NCBI GenBank assembly: GCA_905178155.1
Contig: CAJINV010000001.1
Location: 14,443,379 to 14,507,378 of the forward strand
Origin: Amoebophrya sp. A120
Taxonomy: Eukaryota > Protista > Dinoflagellata
Reading direction: 5' to 3'
Length of the DNA stretch: 64,000 nt
Numbering within the stretch: the stretch's first letter is position 1; the number at the start of each line of letters is the position of its first letter. The notes beneath the pieces were generated by a model. The model made no database searches. It saw only the letters and a program-made list of their open reading frames with translations, and was not told the DNA's origin. A program made the translations under genes and the position numbers. Positions 35,501 through 50,500 of the stretch are shown in pieces.

Positions 35501-38500
35501 CACTGAGTACATGATCTCGGCAAGATCCTCGGAGCCGGACATCCCGGGAAGCCACAGGCTATCGTAGTTCAGAAGCTTTTGTGGGCTCAATGGGTGCAGC
35601 AGCGACACCGCGTAGTCGGCAGTTGCGGGACCTAACTCCTCCTTCGGTGGAAGCATCTGAAGCATCGCCAAACGCAGCAGGAACGTGATTGCCGTCAGTC
35701 GCTCGTCGCTTCCGTAGTCATCATCGTCTTGTTGTTGAACCGCAGTACCTGCGGCCCCTTGCGCGTTGCCGTCTTGTACGCCGGCACCTCCATCGACGAC
35801 GGATGTTGCAGAGTCATGATCCTGTGAAAATGTAATTTGGCGCTGAGCCCAGCCTCGACAGTACTTCAGAACGAGGCGCAGTTGCTGCAAACCAGACGCG
35901 GAGGCATCCGCATCAAGCTCTTCTCTGGCGGCAGCGTCTCCAACGATGTCCCACAGTGTGTTCTATGCATTGCAAATATGTTTGGTTCTGGAACAAGAGA
36001 GCAAGTAAAGTTTGTCATGCTTGTCTCACATGACTCTTAAATCTGTAATGCACGACCAGGAAAAACAAAGGCTCTTCCCTGTCATGCAAGTATGCAGTTT
36101 GTTATGCGGAATGCGAAACACACAGGAGCTTAAAAACTCGTCATGCGTGGCTGCATATTGCAACGCGCCCACGATTCACAAACTAGCATCACAAGTATCC
36201 AGACCCAGGCGTATTTGCATTGGATATGTTCAGCTGCGAGTCAGACAGGTTGTCGTGGAACACATAGCGTTGGACCGCCGCATAGCGGACCGCGCGCCAA
36301 AAGGGCTTGCTTGCGCCTTTTGCTTTTAATATAACCGCACCTCCGGTTCGCGTGCCGATCTCCCGCTGGATGGTTTCCAGAATCCAATTCATCCTATCAA
36401 ACGCGGGGTCCTCGATGGACTCGCTTCCCGAACGCAAGTCCAGCAATTCGTCCCAAACAATGGACATCGCCACGTAAGCTTCTTTTGCGATCAGCGCGTC
36501 ACGAGCGGCAGCGGAATTCTGCTGTATGGCGGTGTTCGGGGCGTCTGCGTGTGCTACTTGCGCTCCCGAGGAGCCCGCCGGCGTGTTTTGTTCATCCTGT
36601 GCAGTGACAACTTTCGCGGCTTCGTAGAAAAGACCACCAAACACATCTGGCGCCACAGGCACACCAGCTGCTTGGTTTTGTTGTTCTCCATCTTCTTGTT
36701 CACTGGGCTGCAACTCTGCAACTGCGAGCCACTTGTTCTTCTGCAGTAGGTTCACCAAGAAGCTGAGGTCGGTCTTTTCTCGGACCAGACGCAGAACGCG
36801 TGCTTGTAATGCAGGACCGTACCTGGTATTCTGCCAAATTTCCTTAGCCTCCGCTACCGAAAACGTTTCGGCTCGCGTGTCTTGATCTTGTCCGTCCTCC
36901 GCAACGAAACGCAGTGCGTTTGCGTTGGAGCCCAGCTTCACTTTGGACAACTCCTCAGCTAGCGCAAGCGACGCTTGGTGCAATACTGCCTGCTCCTTGA
37001 GAACGCGGCTTACAACTTGATCTTGCAAGTCGACCGCCTCTTCGCGGGCAAGTTGCCGGAGCGCACCCTGTATTTCCCTCAGGTACTCAGCAAGAACGGT
37101 CGCGGAATCGCGCACGCCTGAGTGCGCCTGCTGTATTCGCTTCTGAGCCACATACTCGTGCTCATACGCCTCCGAAACAGCACGGCGCAGAAACCGCTTT
37201 TCCTTTGCTTTCTCTTCGTCCGCTTCGAAACATACACATAGAGTCTGCACGAAGTCTTCGAATGGAGACAAGTCGGACTCGGAATTTTCTAGACCCAGAG
37301 CCCTCCGCTCCATAAAGGCAGAGGTGGCTCCTGGCGGAGGGGCGGGCACGTGGCCATCGTCACTCTCACTGTCCACATCCTCTTCATCTTCCTGTTCCGA
37401 ATCGATCTGATGTCGCCGGTGGCATCGTTTTCTTAGCCTTCTTGCAGCGCTTGCCCTCCTCCTTGGCGTCGGACTGGTGTTAGTACAAGTACTGTCAATA
37501 GTCATCACGTGCTGGTGGCGCTCTTTTTCGTGTAAACGTTCGAGGAAAATCTTGGCAACCAGCAGACGCGTTAGGGACCCGGTCTCATCCTTCTCTTCGA
37601 CGATGCTATCAAGGAGCTTCATTACAGCCTCAGGGTCGTCTATCAAATGTCGAAGGAGTCGACGGGATTTCGGACCGAGGGACAGTAGATGACCAAAAAA
37701 CACTCGCAATGTGCTGCGCGGAAACATTGTCTTCATCATTCGGACTTCTTGCATATGTTCTCTCTTGACACCTCCACTGAGCGCGTTCGTGAAGAACTCC
37801 ACCACGGCGCTCGGCTCGCCCTCCTCCATATCAATGAGCGCCCCATGCCCATCCTTAGCTCGACATCCAGAAAAAAACACTTAGCCCCATCAATTTCAAT
37901 TTTCTATTCTGTATGACAAACGCTGGACATGAGTTTGCACTCGTTTTTTTTCATGCATCTTCATGCTTTGCTTTTGCATAAACAAATATATAAAAATTCA
38001 AATTGAATGGGGATGCGTATTTTTTTGTTGATACTCGAAGCTCCGTGAAAATGGGCGCCTGGGATCTTTTGTCCCTTATCCCAGTCTTGTCTGGATCAAA
38101 AAAGTGCTCTCGCTGCGCTGGATTGGTCAAAATGGAAATCATGAGCCACTCTAACTGTAACCTCTCCTCGTTTTTCTTCTTGTGCCCATCGGCCGCCGCA
38201 ACATCGGCGTTTGCGATTTGCCGCGGGAGGGCCGCACGGATGCCGGGGAGGAAGGCCCACCGATGAAAGTGCAACCAGAACTCGAATTTCCGCATTGCTT
38301 CGTCCTCTAAGGCACCTATCGCCCCCTCACTAGTTGTGGGCTGCGGGGATCCGCTGGCCCGGAGCTGCTGCCCGGCTGCTCGCTCCACGTCAGCTCGGCG
38401 GGTGCTGTAGTTACGCCCGTCCAGACTGCGTAAGTCTGTGCGCAGTAGTTGGAATAGGCTTTCCATCCGGGTCACCGATAGTCAGAAAAACACCCACCCC

Positions 38501-41500
38501 CACCCAGCATGTTCTTGTCATACAGAATCAAAATGAACAATCACAATGAAACCCCTAACAGCTCCTCGTAGAGCCCTGTCATCTTCCGCCAACAAGTGAA
38601 ACATCAATGGCGACGAGGTGCCCAGGGCCCCTGGAGGTGGGAAATGAGGGTGGCACCTATAGCCGACCATACCAACTGATCGACCAGAAACCAACTGACC
38701 ATGCAAAATCAAAAAGTGGACCTTCTCCCCTGGAAGTAGCAACTCACGCCACACTACCGCTACCCACTCCGAAGAGCAGGCAAACCGCCGAGCTCTCCCT
38801 GATTCCGAGCACATCGGCAGGGAGGTCGCGCGGGGCGCTAGAGGTGACGGTGACTCTCGATGGTGGCACCCTGTAAAATTCAGTCAGAGACCACACAGGA
38901 CATTCCAAAAGTGGAAACAAAACAATGAACAATGTCATGCACAAAGTGGCCGGGGATGGACGTTTTCTTGCGGATATCACGTGGAAGGTCAAAAGTTCCT
39001 CAAAGTGGTAGGGGAGGCCGTCGTACAGTGCCTCTCTTTTAAGCTCGTGCAGCAAAGGGGACGTCTTAGTCTCACGCGGGATATCGGACGCTGTTATAGT
39101 GGCCGACGCGATCGACTGAATCGCTGCGAGTGCGGCATCGACGATGTATTTATGGACCGTGTCCAGTGGGTGCAAAACCACCGACGCCCGGTCGACGCTG
39201 TGAGAAGCCACGACTTCATGCGCTCGCCGGGCCCGGGCTTTTGATTTTGTGGGTGTGCCAGCCGAATGTTGCTGCGTATTAGAAGCAGGGGGAAGATTCA
39301 AGAGGTTTCGCAGTGTTAGTGCGGAGAGTTCATTCCGCCATGCCTTGAGGCGTTCGCGGGAGGCATTTGGAGTTTGCTCCTCGAGGACGCGGTCACCTGC
39401 TACGGGATCTTGCCCATGTTGGAGTTGGTGTAGCTGACCTGCTCCACCTTGCTCCCGGCCCATTTTTTTCTGCTGCGCCTTCTCTTCCGGAGACAAGCTG
39501 GGATTTTTCCGAAGCTGTACCTGAGCACGTGCGGCCACGGGAAGAAACCCGAGGTAAAAAGCGATTGCACGTAATTCTTCCTGGTACAGACGATAAACGA
39601 ACACCTGATCTGCGAGGCTCATGACCAACTCCTGCAACGTGACAGTGATAGTGACTCGGGTTGTTACGTTGGGAGCCGGAGCCCCCCGCTCAACAAATTC
39701 GTACTCCTGGGCATCGGCGGTGCTGGCCTGGGGAAGATTATTCTTCTTATTCAACGCAAGGGCGTCTTTCTCGAGCAGGCGCCGCAGTTGCACCACGTCT
39801 GCAGGCTGCAGGGCTTCATGCACGTCGCGGTCCTCCGCCACAATCATAGTCGTCAGGTCGTCGAGGAATAGGCCTGTCGCGAGCTCCTTGTTGATTTCCA
39901 TTTCGCCCTTCGCAGTGCCGGTGCCAGAAGTCGTGGGAATAGCATCTGCCTCCTGCCTTACAGCGTAGTGAAACAATCTATGAAGCTTCTCGACGTCAGC
40001 ACCCGCTCCGCTGGCAGCAACCGAGCGGTCGAAGTGAGCACTAAACCGCTCAAAAATTTCCGCAAAAAACGGAAAAGTGACCTGAACATCCTTCGTGATT
40101 GCGTGGAAACTGTGACTTCTCGGGGCGCCCTGGATGCTGCCGTGAAAGTGGCTGCACGCAAAGAACAGGTCTTTACGGTCTTGGTGCCATTTGCTCTCCG
40201 CTGCAAGTGCTGAAGGCGCTGCCGCTACTGCGGCCGCGGCCGAGGATGAAGACGTACCTCCGAGAACAAGATCCCCTCCCCCTGGAGCGGAAACTGCAAA
40301 AGTCATTTTCAGTGACATTGCTGGATTCGGATGAATCATGGAAATCATGTTTTCAAACAAGTTGCCATTGCGATTGAGATCACCGAGGATCTGCCCGACG
40401 CGTTTTGACAACGTGTCGATGAAGTGCATTTCCAGATCTTTGTGAAATGTTGTTGTGATAATCGCGGTGCCGCGCGGACTTCGACCTCCGCCCAGGAATC
40501 CTGTGTCGCCGAGCTGGGCACTGGCCGACTTCCGCCTGTCCGTTCGCGACTTCGCGACTTCCACGAGCCAGGATGCTCTTTCTTCCTCTGTCTTGGCGTA
40601 CCGGTTCGCGACCTGATTGAACACCAACTTCGCAAACTGTTCGCCATCCTCAGAGTTCTTATCCGCGAGGTCGAGCAGGGAGGACAGGAAAAGCTCGTGG
40701 GAGCGCGAGAGTGCTTGCTTCTGCGTTACTCTCGCTGCAGCAGTTGCAGTGCTTCCGTGGAATCCTCCGACCCCACGCATGTGCCGCGATTTTCGGGCTG
40801 CACTCGCGCCAGATACCGAGGTTTGGCTCATCTGCGCCATTAGCGCTGCTTGCTGACCGGCGTTCTGGAGAAATCCTGTTTCACTCATTTCGACAACTGC
40901 GCCGTGTAGGACCTGCTGTAGCAACGACGTGAGCAATTTGGGTTCGCCAGTAGCCAGAATGCTGTCGCGAAGGACGCGAGACATGGTGCGTTTCTGGATC
41001 AGAGTCTTGAGGCTGGGCAAGATCTGCCCGTCGGTCACGGTAACGTGTTCGCTCCGAATGGTAGCATCGTCCAGGTGTGCGACTCGCCAGCCGTTTGGCT
41101 GCACCACGTAGGGGACTGCGGCGCTGTCTCCAGCGGCCCCCGTCAACTGGATCAGAAACACGATAGAGGTGTCCAGAGGGATGTTTTCACGTCTCCAAGA
41201 CTGTTCCAAGATCGAAGGCCTCTCGACACGGTCGTCCCCCCGCAGGTGGCCCGTCGCAGGGCCACTCCGAAAAGACGCGGCGGAGCCGCTCACGCGTTGG
41301 CTACCGACCACAGAACTTCTTCTTGCCGGGGGCACGTATTGTCTGCTGCTCGGAAGACCATCTGACGCAACGCTGGCTTCGTCGAAAGAAGAAGCACTAC
41401 GTCCCCGGCCAAAATGCATTTCCTCCGAAGCAGGCGCATCGGCATTCCTCTCTTGGAAAAATCGCTCGAGATCGGCGCCGAGGGTATGGCGCGCGGACTC

Positions 41501-44500
41501 AATCAGGTGCGCGGTGTCAGGATCGGCTTTAAGCAGAAGCACATGGCGCTTTGATTTCAGAGTGTGCGCTGTGGCTCCTGCTTCGGTAGAACGACCGTGT
41601 GCGGTCCTCCCCTCGGGGGCCGCGGCTTGAACTAGTTTACGCAGGTCCTCCGCATGCTTCTCCTGGGAATCCCGCAGAAACACCTGCAAGATGTGCGACA
41701 GATCGGCGGCCGCGCGCACCTCTCGGAGGCTTCGCAAGTCGACGCGTAGCTGCTTCAGGCCCGCGAGGCTGCCAACATAATTTGGATTTAGGGCACTGGA
41801 GAAAGTGGTGATTTGCACACGCTGCAGATTGATCCGCGTTGGTGCCCCGTTTCCCGCGTCGCTAGCGTCAGACCCTCGACGACCGTGCAAGCGGCCCGTG
41901 CTCCCGCTGGTGCCCACGGAAGAACTTGGTGTCGTCGCTTCTGAAGCAGAGGCTGTGTCGCTGGGTTCTTGAGTGAGACCTTTACTAGAAGGGCCGAAGC
42001 GCACACTGTGCGTGCTGACCCAGGACGCCGCCGTGTCGTGCTCATCAAGGGGCGCCAGAAGAAAATCCGCCAGAGTGCGTTTGTCTTCCGCTTTCTCGGG
42101 GTCGCCAAAGTACGTCCGATACAATGCGAGTTTCAAGCTATTCGGATTGGTCAGTGCAACTCGAGAGTTCCCAGAAGTTGCTGACTGTTCCATCGGCCAC
42201 CAACGATCGGGGCGGGACGCCTTTAGGCAGTCGTGGTAATTAAGCAGTTCTATCGCTGCATCGGGGTAAACGGTTTCAAAGAGCCGCTTCATCGAGCTAT
42301 CCGCAGCTGCGCTTTGCACGCGCTGGTCCTGCTGCGCGACCCCCAGTCTACCGCTCTGCGTGGTTAGCTCTTCCATAGCTAGTAACGCCAACGTCTCGTC
42401 CTCGGAGAAGTGCACGAACTTCAGAGGCCCGTTCATGAACTTTAAAGGCCCGATCTGTGGCAGTCCCAGCTGACTGAATCTCATCTGTTTGAGAGTGGTG
42501 CGAACGTTTTTCTCCTCATTAGAAAGTAGATCCTCGGGGGAGAGTGCGTACTTTTCCATGCGGTTCAGCAGTGGTGTATCTAGCAACTGGGGCTCTGGTT
42601 CCAGAATTACCAGCTTCGCCGTGCTTGCCACCTGCACTTTCGCGTGATCATTTCCCAAACCCAGGTTCACGTACTTTTGGCCGGCGAAGACTGTGTAGTA
42701 CTGGTTGAGTGCGTCATACACCGCTTCGTAAATCTTCGCAGCGTTTACCAACACAACCACTTCGCCAGATTCGAGTCCGTGCTTGACTTTATCAATGCAG
42801 CGATTCAGGAACGCAAGAGACCCATCTTCCGGAAAGCTACTCCCAAAGACGAGCGCGACCTCCTTCCCGAGGATGCCCTTCGTCTGCAACACGTTGACCA
42901 AGCCCAGACCGCCAGTGCTTCTGCCGCGAGGTAGCAGCAGCGGGTAGCGCACCGGGTTTTTACCGTCAGGGTCGGCCTGCGACAGGTTATCTTTCAGAAG
43001 CACGTCGATCGTAAGCGCATCTATGTGCTCTCGTAACCGCTCCTTCCCGCTCTTGGCCTGCGCCGCACCCTCCGCGGCCGCAGCAACTGCACCCCCAGCG
43101 GCAGGCTCGATACCGAGGTAGGGGAGTAGCCGCTCCTGTGCCGTTTTCTGCAGTTCAGCCGAGATCCCCCCGAAGTTTCGCTTTACACAATATGCCAGCG
43201 CTGCGAGCTTCGCTTCGTGCAGAATTTCAGGCGTGACATTCGACGCACTGTTCGCGCGATGCCATTCGTCCGCCCGCTGGTCCAGCATTTTCAGAAAAGA
43301 ATAAAAGTCCCGCAGCCCGTACGACGTGCTCACGTCGCGCTCCTCGGGCTCTGCCCCGCCTCGGTGGGCCGCGCCGGCATCGGCACCAGCATCGCTGCCG
43401 GCATCCTCATCGTCCTCTGTGTCCTCCCCGTCGCCGACCTGCTCAACCGCGCCGACCACGGCCCGATACCCGTCAACAATGGACAGGATGACTTGCTCGC
43501 GCTCGGTGCGCGTACCCGGCTGGTCGTTCGGATCGGTGCGCGAGGCGCCGAAAAGGAGGCTGCCCTCGTGCCGAAAGATGGCCCGGCCGGTGCGAATCAT
43601 CTCCTCGCGGTTCAGCTCCTCGCGCATGACCAGAATCGCGCGGTTCATCTTGGCCGGATCCAGGTTCCAGTTCGACAGACCCATGAACGCCACCTTGTCG
43701 GTGATTTGCTGGCCGAAGTGCCCGTCTGGCGAGATCCCGGTCTCGAGTAGCGGGTGCAGTGCTTTCAAGGGGAGGTGCTGGCTCTCCTCCGCCAGTCCCA
43801 CCTCGTCCAGCACCACCACGGCGATCTCCTTGCGAAGTTCTGCCCGCGTCAGACGGTCCAGCTCCACCCCTTGCAGTGGCGTCGTGCTCCCGGACGACCC
43901 TCGAGCGGCCCCCTCGGGGGCTTGTAGTTGCTTGCTGTCCTTTTCCTCTTTCAAACGACGCTCGTGTGCCCTCCGAACCTCGTTCACCCTTTTCTGAACC
44001 AGTTGATGCTGTACCTTGCTGGCCTTTTGGAAAATATCGAGTATCGACTTTGCCGTGGAGTGAGGAGAGCACTGGTTCGTTTGGAAGGCCGTTCGCCCGA
44101 AGTCCTCGTCTCGTCGGAACAGCGGGACCGGCGAGGAGCTGCCGATCATCACGTCCTGCACGATCGCTTTGCCCAACGATTTGGAGCTGCCGGGCTTCCC
44201 AACGATGAATACCGGGATGCGCAGCTGCGCGCACACAGCGAGCAGCATTACGTTCTCCAACAGCGCTTCGTTGGGCGCAAGGCGGCGCTCCCTCAGGTAA
44301 TCGGCCAGGTCTGCCTTGAAAACTTCTTTCAGAGCGCCCGACGCGCGCTCGAATTCCTCCCGCTCGCCAGGTTCAAAAATGCTGTTCCTGGCCAGGAACT
44401 GGATGCGCTTGCGGACCGGGAGACTGAGGAAATACGCGAAGTACATGCCCAACGGGAGCGCGTCGTTCACCACTTGGCCAGCCTTGGCGAAGCCGCGGTC

Positions 44501-47500
44501 CGTACCGCGCAACTGAATCACGTTGTTTTCTACTCCTGGTCCCAGCACGGGGGCAGTTGTACCATCAGGTTGCGCGGCTACGCCGACACCAGCATCTGCA
44601 GCTGCGTCCACTTGCGGCGGAGGTTGTTGCGGTTCTGCTTGTTCCTCGTCAACATCCATGGCGTCAGGTCGTGGCCCAGCAGCAGCTGCAGTCGATGGCA
44701 TGCGGGGATGCGCAGACAACGTGCGGAACTGTTCGAAGTACTTGTGACTCAAGTAGGACGTCGGAGACTGCAGTCGCTCAGCAAAGAAAGCCACGATATC
44801 CATCAAACGCTCGACATCACGGAGACTCACGGCCCTCAGCTCCGTCCGATTTCCGCCCTCGGCATTGGGATCCTTCCCCCGGATAAACAGGTGCACATTT
44901 ATCACCTGATTCAAGATCCTGCGGGTCGCTACCTGTTCGACGGCAAATGTGTACAAAATCCGCCGCAGCAAAACCGCTGATTTTCTGTTGTTGGCATGAC
45001 CGTCTTGCCAGTTGAAACAAAGCTCGCGACGGTCCAGGTCCGGGTACGGAATGTTGACACCGCCAACAGGAATTGTGCCTTGTTGTGCAGTTTCAAGTCC
45101 CACTGAAGCTGCGCCAACTTCCGAGTTCTGGCCTGCGGAAGAGGCGCTGGCCGACGGGGAACCTGGTGGAGGCGGTCTCCTGAACTGCAATTGCTCGTGC
45201 AAGACGCTGCTCCCTAGCTCCTGGATCTTCGCGGCGACGTGGTCTTCGAAAATCTTGAAATCGTTTCGAAAACAGTTGAACATGTCCGAAAGACTTTGCC
45301 GCAGGGTGGCTGGGATGAGACGGATCTTGCTAGGATCACTTTCCATGGTCTCCACCGCGCCCGCCTCGTCATCCGGATGTTCTACCAGCTGCTCCGCCCC
45401 TTCGCCGGCAGCAATAGCATCTGCACGCAAAGCGGGACCCTGGTCGTGGTTGACGACGGCGGCAGCATGATTGCCGGCGCCGTCCGCCCCCTCACCAGCT
45501 CCTTGGCTCCCAGCAGCTGCGCGTATCACAGAAGACGAAGCCGCTGCCGCTCCCCTCTTTACATAGTACCTTTCATCGCGGAAGTTACGCAGTTCCCTCG
45601 CAAGCGCAGCTTTCAAATTGATCTCTGCTTCTTGATCAGCAGGGTCCACCGCCGCGCCGGCTTCTTGTCCTCCACGCTCCTCCGGAACTGCGGCAGCTCC
45701 ATCGTCTGGTTGCTCTGCCACTGGAGCCGCAGGAGCGTCGCCGACGACATCCTCTGAATCTACCGACGCAAAAACTTCGCGCTCCAGAGCACGGAGTATC
45801 TTTTCTCCTTTGTCATACTTTTCCCGTAATGTCTGCACTGAGGCCACCTTATCGCGCCACACTTCCTCAGGCTCCAGCTCTATATGTACGGCTGCTGCAG
45901 GACTAGCACGACGACTGGCAACATGAGCGACAGGAACGCTCTGCTCTCCTATGTTGCTTCCCGAAGGCAGAGTCGTGTGGGCGGGTCGCTCATGCAGCAT
46001 AGCTTGTATGCGCTTTAGCACAATTTGGCGAGCGTAGTCGGCTTCGGTATCTTCCGGGAGAGAACCAAACTCGAAAATGCTGTCACGCAGAGACGGGGGC
46101 GTCCGCACGACGCGATATACCAGGTCGCGCATCGGGCGGTCACGGGTAGCAGGACTGTCCTGTGGCAAGTCGTTGCCGTCCACGGCTTCCGCGGCGTGCC
46201 GGTACCCCAATCCGGCACGGTGCATCTGTTTTCGCGCCGCCGCCGGTTGCACTCGGTACGGGTTGCAGGCCATCGCGAGCAGCAGGCGAAAAGGGTACGG
46301 TGTCCCGGTCAAGCCATGGGGGTCTTCAAACTCAACGCCTTCCAATTCGCTGCGGAGGTCACGGCCATGAAGACGCCCGTTCGTCATCAGTTCCTTTAGT
46401 CCCCAGACGACATCTCGGGAAGTATTGGCCTCGTCGAAGAACAGCAAAGTCTGGCGCACGCCTCTTCTCGCGTTGTCTCTTGCCAGTTGCAGTGCTTCCC
46501 GCACATAGCCGTTTAGCGCTGCACGATCGACACCCCCATGCACTTTCACAGTTCGCATCAATTTGAGTCCGTCCTCATTCCTTCTTTCCTGGCTTGATGG
46601 ATTCCAGCTGTTCAGCTGCTGCCTCACTTTTGCGTAGTACTCGAGCAGTGCGGTTTTCCCAATTCCGGTTTCGCCAGATATGAACACGGGTAGTCCAGCG
46701 GAAAAGCGCATGTGGATCGCAATGATTTTTTGGCAGACATCCCGCGACAAAACAAATGCAGGGTCGGGATCTTCGAGGTTTTTTGGAATTCCAGCGTTGT
46801 GCTCCCACAAAATCTTGCGTAGAAACCCTAACAGCTCGTCGTGCGACGCGTTTTCAATGTGATTCCCCAAGAAAGAACCGGGCGCCCCGGGTTCAATATT
46901 TGTCGGAAATAAGAAATTCAAACTCGCCCTGGGGTTCGGTTGTTCGGGTGGGGGCGCGAGCACTTGCAAACTGACAAGGCGCGCAACGGCATCTTCGACA
47001 TCAAGTTTTAGCCCCTGCTCTGTCTCGTTGAGGTGGCCCTCCATTTGTCCACCTTGTTCAGCTTGCCAGCGAAAAAGAAAATCCGTGACCTGTGCCACAT
47101 CGGTGCTGTAGTTATAGATTTCGAAAACACCAGCAATGTTAGGTATTAGCAGTGGGGCAGCCTTCTCACACCAGGTGCGTAAGCGTATACGCATCTGCGG
47201 GTCGGCATCCGCGGCTCCGCCCTCGCCCGCCGCGGCAACCGCATTTTGCAGGGCAATTGCAGCAGTAGCGTCTTGTTGCTGTTCATGATTCACTTCCCGC
47301 TGACCATTCAGTCCCATGTACTGTGCGTTAATCCAATTGAGCAGATCTAACCCTATGGCACCGTGCCCGTGCATCAGTTTCTCCTTTTCCCAGTGTGGTT
47401 CACCCGGGGCCGGTCTGCCGCGCACTGGAATAACAATCTGCTCCGATTGCGAAGATTCACCATCACGGATGACTTTGAAATGAAATCCGAAATGAATCAA

Positions 47501-50500
47501 CGACTGGTCCCGCGTAGGCAACAGGTACGGGTGTGCCCGCTCCTCCCACCCGCGGCGGCTGCGGCCAGCTGCGGGAAGGGCGCCTGCTGCTGCGCCGCCG
47601 CCCTCAAACTCTTCCACAATTACGCGACTAGGAGTGGCGAAGTCGATTGCGGCCAGTCGGGCCCTCTCCATCGTAAAGCGCTTGAAGCGATGCGCCTGCC
47701 GAATGTGTCCGCCTTCATTGCTTGGGTCCGTCCAGGAAATCATATACGGGTCCACCGCTTTTCGCAGATCCCTATCAAGTCGCGCGATGAGCTGCACGAA
47801 AGACACCAACACCATCCAGGACGGGTTGTCCTGCTCACTCAGGGCAATGATTCTCCGAAGCGCGTCTACATCCCGCAAGTGTAGGTCATTCCCCGCGATA
47901 CCGATAGCATCACGTCGTCCCTTTCGCGGTTTCCACCAATCCGGAAGTTTCGTCGCGGACTTGTCATACCAAAATTCTTTGAACGCCTCCTCTCCAGGAT
48001 CTTCATTGTTCCTGCCACGGTCGGGGAGACGCGCCGCAAACCAGGCCGCTTGGCGCCAAACCTTGTTTGTGTCTGCCTGCCGGTCTTGTGCGGTTTGATT
48101 CTCATCGGGATCAGGGGGCGTTTCGCCGCGGATGGCTGCCAGCTGTATGTCCAGCATCATGATCATCTTGACATCGGTATTAGACTTCTTCATGGCCTCG
48201 AAATTTTCCACCACAGCCCACGGCGATGGCACATCAAAAACGTGAAGGTGTCTCGCGAACGACAAGCGGTTGTGCATCACCCAACGATTGCTGGACTCGA
48301 CGTAGAGCCGATCTCTGTCACCGAAACGCCAGACACGGTCGCGAGCATCGGTCCAACGACGCAGAACTACGAGCTTGAAAAGCAGCTCATTGAGAAGCGT
48401 GTGCGAGAAGGGAATGCCCGCGCCAATATCCAAATGCAAGGACACGTAGAAGTTTTGATTTTCCAGTTCCGGGCGTGGTTCGTTTCGTCCCACCTTCTTC
48501 TTGTCGGCTTTGCCGCTGCCCCCCGCAAGAACTACATGATCTGCGATTTCGTCCAGAACGCGGGCGCAGAGACTGTCTTCCGTAGGGGGAGAGTAGATTG
48601 GGATGTTGATTCGCAGCTGTTTCGCATGCACCCGGTCCTTGTCTTCGCGCTGGAGCATTGCGACCATCCACGATTTGCCACCTCCGGGCTCCTCGCTAAA
48701 CACAGCTCGAGCGGCCTGGTCCCCCTCTTGTCGCGCGGGCTCGAAAACTTGCCGATCGAGGTAGAGGGGGTGGTCGCGCGTGGCGTCGTCCGGAAGCAAA
48801 TCGGCCGCATTCTCGACGATGCGATCCTCAAAGTGTGCCAGGAGGTTGCTTGTTTTTCGTCCATTGGGATGCGAGTGGATTACAAGAAGCGTTTCGGAAA
48901 AGTTGCTCTCGCTTGCTCGATGTAGTTCTGTGGCATGATCGGAGGTCGCTGCAAGAACATGACTAGTTTTAGCGTCTGCATTCGCCTCCATAGCTTCATC
49001 GTCAACACCCGCAGTAAACGTTTCCTCGATGTGCTGTTCCATGCGACCTTCGCTGCTCGTCGTGCTCGTGCCGGCTTTGAGGTAGAGCACATGGCGCAAG
49101 TTCAAATACAGTTTCGTTGTGGCAACGGCGACTTCGTAAGACAGGCGCTCAACATTCAGCAAAAAGAACAGCGCGGTTCGATCGTGCTTGTTCTTTGAGT
49201 GCGCAGCAGCTGCGGACGTCATGAAGACCCTGCGCAGAAAAAGCTCCAGCTCCGCAGCCGTCGTGCTTGGCGAGCAGAAGAACACGTTGGCGGATCCCAA
49301 CTGCTGGAGACGAGCCTGTCGTGCGAGAGAAGTGACGAACTCGAGCGGTTCGGCGGCGAGTATGACCCTCGCCCAGAACCGGTGCGCTCTAGTACGGTGG
49401 TCCTGGCTCAGGCCGCTGCCCACACTGTCTGAATTCGAGTTCGACTCGCCAGCATCCGCACGCATGAGCAGGGCGGCGGCGTCAAATTCCTCTACATCAC
49501 GAACTTCGTCGAACTCATACCCATCTGGAAGGGGAAGGAGATCTGATCCCCCAGCAGGGGCAGCTCCATCGGCGCGGTCTACATCCAAATGATTCAACAA
49601 AGCACGCAGAACAGCCGGAAGCTTTTGGACGGACAGGCCCCCACTTTCCACGTCAATGCTATTTTTGGATCCGTCAAAGTCAACGAGCCGAGTGTGTACA
49701 GCACGCGGTGCGGCGTCAGACTGCGTGCCGATGCGCTGATCCCGGTGTTCGTCAGCATGAGGGCGGCTGGAGTTCCGACTTGTTGCCGACGGCGGCGCTG
49801 CAGATGTCGTGATAGATAACTTTTTCTCCTCGGTCCAACGGCGCAATATTCCTTTTGCGAGGGACCCGAACACCTCCTCCACGTGTTCCGTCGTGTACGG
49901 TGCCTCACCGTTGTCAAACGAGACAGTGGTGGACCCATCGGAACATTGCTGTGCTGAGCCCGTGACCGCATCACGAACAGCTGCTCCAGGTGTTGAGTAG
50001 AGAGGTGCATGATCTAGATCTACTTCGGCATCCGCCATGTGAACGTCGCCACCGTGCTCGTCCTGCTCCTGACCAGCAACCATAATATCGTGCTGAAAGT
50101 CCTCCTCTTCTTCATCCTCGGCAGAATCATCCTCGTGAAGATCTGCTACTTATGAAATGCAAAAGCATCGCACTTCTAGTAGAAATCGCATTTACAAACT
50201 GGCTCGGAAATTGGAAATGCGGAGATCTGCCTTGATTGCCAGATCTGTACTGTATGGCCACGATTACTACGAGTGCGATAGTACTTTTGCAGTGCATATT
50301 ATTCTTGCTCCTCGTCGTGCGGAACGACAGGAGCCGAAGTCTTGGGTCTGCAGGGAGTATTCCGGTGCGTTTATCAGGTCAAGAACGGTTTCTTGGTCGT
50401 GCCGGAAGGATTCGAACTGCGCAGCACTAACATCCGCAGCGAGCGGGTGCACGTTGCCTCTTCTGTCCAGAAAACGGCTAAGAGCGTCCTCCTCACTCTC

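Noticed and set aside
38744-50083. Midasin or dynein heavy chain
   Set aside because: The motif set (VKVHGG, FFDEANT, GKPGSSKS, LDEVGLAE, LDPAKMNR, YDALNQYY) and the downstream RZ finger are characteristic of RNF213.
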